A stretch of 20,000 bases of DNA. Origin: an uncultured virus (IMG/VR IMGVR_UViG_3300033066_001594). Taxonomy: Duplodnaviria > Heunggongvirae > Uroviricota > Caudoviricetes. A program made the position numbers and the translations under genes. Each line of letters begins with the position of its first letter. Positions within the stretch are counted from its first letter, which is position 1. Below the pieces are notes generated by a model. That model searched no databases. It was not told where the DNA came from and was given only the letters and a program-made list of their open reading frames with translations. Shown one piece after another: positions 15,341 to 20,000 of this stretch. Location: the IMG/VR virus record IMGVR_UViG_3300033066_001594; one strand, 5' to 3'.

Positions 15341-16150
15341 ATGTCCCGATTTTCAACACCGACCCGCTTCAACCCCTCGCTTCTCCGAGCCGCACAGGAG
15401 GGGATTGCCGCGACCAAGACGGCGTTCGTCGCGTTCGGCCCCAACGGCGAAGTGGCCGCCCAGCAGCAACAGCCAGGTGCCCAGCAAGCCGGCGGTGCTC
15501 CCCAGCCCGGCATGCCGCCGCAGGGCGACCCGTCCGGTGGCGGTCAAGCCGCTGCACCGCCGCAAGCTCCGCCTCAACAACCCCAGCAGCCCCCGCAACA
15601 GCCGACCGCTGGTGGCATGGGTGATCCGGGACAAGCCGACCAGATGCGTGCGGTTCTTCGCGAGGAGCTGGAACGCAACGAGCAGAAGCCCAAGAAGCTC
15701 ACCATTCAGGACCGGATGACCCAGCTCGAAGGCCTGGTCCTTCGCGTGATGGAGCACAACGGCCTGATCCCGACCGACCCCAACCTCGTCAACCAGCAGC
15801 CATCATCCACGGGCGTCGATGCCCCGGCCAACACCGGTGCGACTCCGCCGGCAGGTGCCCCGCCCGCCTCGGGTGGTGCTCCGGCGGGACCGGCCGCGGG
15901 TGCCATGAAGACGGCAGCCATGCGTGACCCGATCCTGCAATCCCTGCTCTGGTCGGTTCGAGAACAGATGGAACTTGGAATGCAGGAGATGGAGCGGACG
16001 GCTGCCGAGCTGTCTGACGCCCCGGTCGTCGGCAGCGTCGACTACAACCCCATCCCGACACAGCTGGTGGCAAACCAGGACATCTTCGATCACCCCGAAG
16101 GTCACTCGTTCGCGTCCATGATCAATTCCATTTACAACGACGACCAATGA
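15341..16150 (+). CDS. Gln/Pro/Gly-rich hypothetical protein with a central helical segment and two KTA motifs
   Basis: 269 aa with ATKTA and MKTAA motifs. Its stop overlaps the next start (ATGA at 16147-16150). Confidence 0.75.
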   Translation: MSRFSTPTRFNPSLLRAAQEGIAATKTAFVAFGPNGEVAAQQQQPGAQQAGGAPQPGMPPQGDPSGGGQAAAPPQAPPQQPQQPPQQPTAGGMGDPGQADQMRAVLREELERNEQKPKKLTIQDRMTQLEGLVLRVMEHNGLIPTDPNLVNQQPSSTGVDAPANTGATPPAGAPPASGGAPAGPAAGAMKTAAMRDPILQSLLWSVREQMELGMQEMERTAAELSDAPVVGSVDYNPIPTQLVANQDIFDHPEGHSFASMINSIYNDDQ

Positions 16151-16650
16151 TCCTGCTGATCGGGCAATTCCAAGGGATGGCACTCAAGCCGATCCGCCTG
16201 GAAGGTGTTACCTCTGTCCTCATCAAACGGGCCATTGGCGATCAGCCGACGGGGCCGATCGCCGCCATCCTTCAGCTCACCCCCAACTCGTACTGGATCA
16301 GCTCACGGGGCGATGATGACTTCCAGTCGACGATCGATGACCTGGGGCTGACCCGGCTTGCCGTGCTCTTGGAAGCTGTAGTGCGATACCCGTCGTTCCT
16401 GTCCGTGCAGGTGATGCAGGGCCTCCAGGCCACGACCCATCTCGTGGACGTGGACCACGTGGCCGTGCTGGACGAGTTCGACCAGGCGATCTTCCTGGCC
16501 CGTATGGTCACAAGCTCTTCCGCGTGGCTGGGCCGGCTGAAGGACAAGGACTTTGACAAGCAACTGGATGCCCTGGGCCTGGGTCAGAGTACACTGAACG
16601 TGGACAGCCTTAATCAAGATGATTACCTCACCGGGACAATTGCTGGTTAA
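16147..16650 (+). CDS. Hypothetical protein made of two tandem ~70-aa repeats, coupled to the beta'-C gene
   Basis: YWISSRGDDDFQSTIDDLGL versus AWLGRLKDKDFDKQLDALGL. ATGA coupling upstream and a 32-nt overlap with the downstream gene. Confidence 0.75.
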   Translation: MILLIGQFQGMALKPIRLEGVTSVLIKRAIGDQPTGPIAAILQLTPNSYWISSRGDDDFQSTIDDLGLTRLAVLLEAVVRYPSFLSVQVMQGLQATTHLVDVDHVAVLDEFDQAIFLARMVTSSSAWLGRLKDKDFDKQLDALGLGQSTLNVDSLNQDDYLTGTIAG

Positions 16651-19615
16651 CGACGCCCTCCCTGAGGACCTGCGTCGACCCCAATGGCGTCTGGACAAGA
16701 AGGGCGTGACCGAGCTGTTCACACAGATCGCTAACCGCTATCCGGATCGCTACCGCGACATTGCCCAGCAGCTCATGAGCAGCGGCCACTTCTCGGCCCA
16801 GTCGTCCGGCACGACGCTCCGGCTCCGCGACCTGATGTTGCCACCCGAAGTCGAGCAGCGGATGCAGTCACTTCGCTCCCAGGTCCAGGCCCTCGCCGAG
16901 CAGGACATCCCACGCGAACAGAAAGAGAAGCTCATCGTCGATCTCGTCTTCAAGGGCAGCAACGGCCTGGAGAAGACGCTCATGGATCACGGGCTGACAC
17001 ACGACAACAACCTCGCCGCCCAGGTGTCCAGCGGTTCACGCGGAAACCCGACACAATTCAAGCAGCTTGTGGCCGGCGACATGCTCGTGGCCGATCACCG
17101 CAACCGCGTGATCCCCGTGCCCGTGCTCCACGGCTACGCCAACGGCGTCGAGCCGGCCGAGTACTTCGCCGCCTCCTACGGTGCACGGCGTGGCACCATC
17201 TCGACCAAGTTCGCTACCCGCAATGCCGGCTTCCTCGGCAAGCAGCTGGCGATGATCGCACACCGACTGGTCGTCAGTGAGAAGGACTGCGGGGCCACGA
17301 CCGGCATGCCCGTCGAGGGAAGTGACAAGGACAACATCGGCTCTGTGCTGGCCCAGGACACGGGCGGTCACAAGGCCGGCACGATCATTACGGCGGACAT
17401 GCTGGGCGATTTTCAGGACAAGAAGATCCTGGTCCGTTCGCCGACCACCTGCCAATCCTCTCGCGGCGTGTGTGCCAAGTGTGTCGGCGTCCGTGAGAAG
17501 GGTCACCTACCTGAAGTCGGCGAGAACGTCGGCATGGCTGCGGCACAGGCCGTGAGCGAGCCGCTGGCCCAGTCGAGTTTGTGCCTAGCAAAAGGAACGC
17601 TGGTCCGCATGGCAGATTCGACGGAACAAGCCATCGAAAAGATTAAACCAGGAGATTGGGTCCTCGGGGCGGATATACAAGGACGAGCATTTCCAGTTAA
17701 GGTCCTACGACGGTTCGACAACGGGCTTAGAGCCTGCCATCAGACAACGTTTAGAATCGGAACCCAGCACGCCGCTGAAGCTACGCAGCTTACGTCTACG
17801 TTAGATCACAAAATTCTCGCAACGACGTGGTACAGCAATTGTCAGAGCGAGCAATACAACAACACTGCACGGATTCTTCCGGTCGGGTTCAAAAACAGCA
17901 GACTGTCGGCTGTTTACCCGTCTTCGATTCGGTTTAACTGCACACTTAAAGAGCCACGGGCGTTACTTCTGGGTTTGTTGTTGGGCGATGGTTGCTATAC
18001 CAAGTCGGTGGGTCGTCCTTATTTCTCTTGTGACGATCCACAACTCATCAGCGAACTGGCAGCGTATCTACAGGCTATGAACCTCCAGCTGGTGTTTCAC
18101 AAGGGCAGTAAATGTTATTGGCGAGTCTCACAGATCAAGGACACCATTAACCAGGACCCAAAGACTGGACGGACAACAGCCGGTAGTCGGAACCCGGCGA
18201 AGATCTTGCTTCAGCACTACGGGATCGACGAGAAGTACGCCCATGAAAAAGAGATCCCATCTCAGCTACTTAAGGCTGACAACGCGACCGTTGCGGATTT
18301 GATCGCCGGTCTCTGGATAACGGATGGCTCGCTGTATTTGACTGAAAAAGGACGTCGCTTACACCTGGGGTTCACGTCTACATCCCCGGTACTGGTTCGT
18401 CAGTTGAAGTGGTTATTGCAATGGCGTTTCGGTATCTACGGTGCTGCGGTTCACTTTAGCCCGATGTCACAGAATAAGACGCGAAAGCACGACGTGTACA
18501 GCTTCGCCATTGCCAGGCAGGATGCAGTTAGACGCTTCGTTGAGAAAATTCCGCTACGTGGAATTAAAGCTGAGAAGGCTAGGATGTGGGCTGATCGACT
18601 CGTTAATGAAAACGCCCTTCAGCACCAGCGAGGATCACGAACCAGTCAGACGTTCGTTGGCAACCTTCCAACGTTTGATATTGAAGTTGATCACCCTGAT
18701 CACCTGTTTGTACTGGCTAACGGGTTGATCGTCAGTAACTCAGAAAAGCACTCGGGTGGTGCGGTCACCAAGCGGGCGGCCGAGACCAGCGGGTTCGACT
18801 ACATCAACCGTCTGATCCAGACGCCTAAACAGTTTTCAGGTTCGGCCGTTGTCGCCAGCAGGGCGGGTCGGATCACCGATATCGTCGACGCTCCGCAGGG
18901 TGGCAAGTTCGTTTACGTCGACAGCGAAAAGCACTACGTGCCGCCGTCCGAGACCGTCTCGGTCAAGCCGGGCGACAAGCTGGATGCCGGCGACTTGTTG
19001 TCGGAAGGCGTACCCAACCCGGCCGATGTCGTGGCCCACAAGGGGATCGGTGAAGGCCGGCGGAGTTTTACGCAGACGTTGTACAAGGCCCTGGCCGACA
19101 GCGGGATCAAGGCCCATCGCCGAAACGTGGAGCTGATCTCCAGGGGCCTGATCAACCACGTGAAGTGGAATGGCGAAGACCCGGACCATCATGTCCTGCC
19201 GGACGATATCGTGCCCTATGACAGCATCTCCAAGTCATACCGCCCCCGGGCGGACGCCAGGACGCTGGAGCCGGCACGGGCCGTCGACATGCACCTCGAA
19301 CACCCAGCCCTTCATTACTCGATCGGGACCAAGATTACGCCTCGCGTGGCGAACGAGCTGAACGAGTTTGGCGTGAACCAGGTGGTGGCCCACCCCGAGC
19401 CGCCGCCGTTCGATCCACACATGCTCCACGGCCGCGAAGTGGGGCTCAAGGACCCGAACTGGGTGACACGCATGGGTTCGTCGTATTTAGAGAAGGGGTT
19501 CCTCGAAGGCGTGCACCGTGGTCGTACGGCACAGACGTCTGACACCAGCTTCTACCCGAGCCTTGCCAAGACCAAGGGATTCGGTTCTGACCTAGACAAG
19601 AGCGGAACGTACTAG
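16619..19615 (+). CDS. rpoC: DNA-directed RNA polymerase beta' subunit, C-terminal half, with one intein (998-aa precursor, about 612 aa spliced)
   Basis: TSPGQLLVNDALP (TTxGR..N..LP), SGSRGN, bridge helix YGARRGTISTKFATRNAGFLGKQL, VSEKDCG, Zn site RSPTTC...GVCAKCVG, trigger loop AQAVSEPLAQSSL/SEKHSGG, GIKAHRRNVELI. Confidence 0.95.
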   Translation: MITSPGQLLVNDALPEDLRRPQWRLDKKGVTELFTQIANRYPDRYRDIAQQLMSSGHFSAQSSGTTLRLRDLMLPPEVEQRMQSLRSQVQALAEQDIPREQKEKLIVDLVFKGSNGLEKTLMDHGLTHDNNLAAQVSSGSRGNPTQFKQLVAGDMLVADHRNRVIPVPVLHGYANGVEPAEYFAASYGARRGTISTKFATRNAGFLGKQLAMIAHRLVVSEKDCGATTGMPVEGSDKDNIGSVLAQDTGGHKAGTIITADMLGDFQDKKILVRSPTTCQSSRGVCAKCVGVREKGHLPEVGENVGMAAAQAVSEPLAQSSLCLAKGTLVRMADSTEQAIEKIKPGDWVLGADIQGRAFPVKVLRRFDNGLRACHQTTFRIGTQHAAEATQLTSTLDHKILATTWYSNCQSEQYNNTARILPVGFKNSRLSAVYPSSIRFNCTLKEPRALLLGLLLGDGCYTKSVGRPYFSCDDPQLISELAAYLQAMNLQLVFHKGSKCYWRVSQIKDTINQDPKTGRTTAGSRNPAKILLQHYGIDEKYAHEKEIPSQLLKADNATVADLIAGLWITDGSLYLTEKGRRLHLGFTSTSPVLVRQLKWLLQWRFGIYGAAVHFSPMSQNKTRKHDVYSFAIARQDAVRRFVEKIPLRGIKAEKARMWADRLVNENALQHQRGSRTSQTFVGNLPTFDIEVDHPDHLFVLANGLIVSNSEKHSGGAVTKRAAETSGFDYINRLIQTPKQFSGSAVVASRAGRITDIVDAPQGGKFVYVDSEKHYVPPSETVSVKPGDKLDAGDLLSEGVPNPADVVAHKGIGEGRRSFTQTLYKALADSGIKAHRRNVELISRGLINHVKWNGEDPDHHVLPDDIVPYDSISKSYRPRADARTLEPARAVDMHLEHPALHYSIGTKITPRVANELNEFGVNQVVAHPEPPPFDPHMLHGREVGLKDPNWVTRMGSSYLEKGFLEGVHRGRTAQTSDTSFYPSLAKTKGFGSDLDKSGTY
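17582..18739 (+). mobile_element. Intein 4 with LAGLIDADG homing endonuclease (386 aa) in the trigger loop
   Basis: Starts CLAKGTLVRMAD; block B STLDH; LGLLLGDG and IAGLWITDG; ends LIVSN followed by Ser. Removal gives EPLAQSSL-SEKHSGG, matching EPGTQLTM-RTFHIGG. Confidence 0.92.
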
Positions 19616-19622
19616 GTCGAAG

Positions 19623-19641
19623 TGATTCTCCGTTAGAATCA
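19623..19641 (+). promoter_or_regulatory. Intergenic hairpin TGATTCT-CCGTT-AGAATCA containing a -10-like TAGAAT
   Basis: 7-bp perfect inverted repeat just after the beta'-C stop, with no U-tract. Confidence 0.3.
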
Positions 19642-19669
19642 AGCCTGTACACCATTTGGGAGATATCCC

Positions 19670-20000
19670 GTGCCGACGACTGACACCGATTTTGAAAAAG
19701 CATTCTCCGAGATCGCCTTCTCCTCACTCAAGGACAAGGCCCCAGGCTTGTTCGACTACCTGGTCGGATTCCAGGTACTGGACGTCAACGAGGAGCAGAA
19801 CCACGCTATTGGTGTGTTCGGCTGCCACGTCGGCGATGAGTGGGTTTACTTGCCTGTGTTCTTCCACAACGGCGAACTCAAGGGCAGCGAGCTCATGTAC
19901 GTCAAGGGCCAGGACATGTTTGTGCCGCTGCAGGAGAACTGGGTCAACTACTTCCTGCACCGCAAGCCCTACGCCATGGGCGAGACCGCAGACGTGACCC
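19670..20000 (+). CDS. Hypothetical protein, 5' part (runs off the window; absent from the supplied ORF track)
   Basis: GTG 19670 with GGGAG 7 nt upstream. Open frame MPTTDTDFEKAFSEIAFSSLKDKAPGLFDYLVGFQVLD...WVYLPVFFHNGELKG... to the window end, with strong GC3 bias. Confidence 0.8.
   Translation, partial: MPTTDTDFEKAFSEIAFSSLKDKAPGLFDYLVGFQVLDVNEEQNHAIGVFGCHVGDEWVYLPVFFHNGELKGSELMYVKGQDMFVPLQENWVNYFLHRKPYAMGETADVT

Noticed and set aside
6609..19615. Ordinary cellular rpoB-rpoC operon
   Set aside because: No rplK/A/J/L or rpsL neighbours, heavy divergence of normally invariant motifs, loss of the Zn ribbon, and the fused/split layout.
15307..19652. CTGTACAC shared by two intergenic regions (15307-15314 and 19645-19652)
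   Set aside because: Only two intergenic copies at different distances from the starts, and it also occurs in coding sequence at 5111-5118; insufficient without genome-wide data.
14..19960. Many minus-strand and alternative-frame ORFs (e.g. 91..1068, 1251..2129, 10926..12071, 14334..15359)
   Set aside because: Shadows of GC-rich + strand genes: Arg/Pro-rich or antisense-like composition, no recognisable motifs, and overlap with better-supported CDSs.
19656..19997. 113-aa ORF in the supplied track
   Set aside because: Wrong frame; the GTG 19670 frame has an SD, better codon bias and a protein-like sequence, and is open to the window end.

Overview
GC-rich window with every gene on the + strand, most likely from a large bacteriophage or virus-like element: it has no ribosomal-protein genes or other cellular rpoBC context. 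The centrepiece is a divergent, reduced, bacterial-type multisubunit RNA polymerase with an unusual layout. Beta is fused to the N-terminal half of beta' (6609-14882, both catalytic barrels in one chain), and the beta' C-terminal half (bridge helix, trigger loop) is a separate gene three ORFs downstream (16619-19615). Four LAGLIDADG-containing inteins interrupt the two genes at conserved sites, and the catalytic motif reads GADFNGD rather than NADFDGD. Around it is a set of low-complexity, glycine-zipper-rich hypothetical proteins punctuated by a recurring K-x-A (mostly KTA/KLA) motif and shared leader peptides, which I infer are protease-processed virion polyproteins. One carries a 2H phosphoesterase (Acb1/LigT-like) domain bracketed by K-x-A sites. 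All family assignments come from motif recognition by eye, without database searches.
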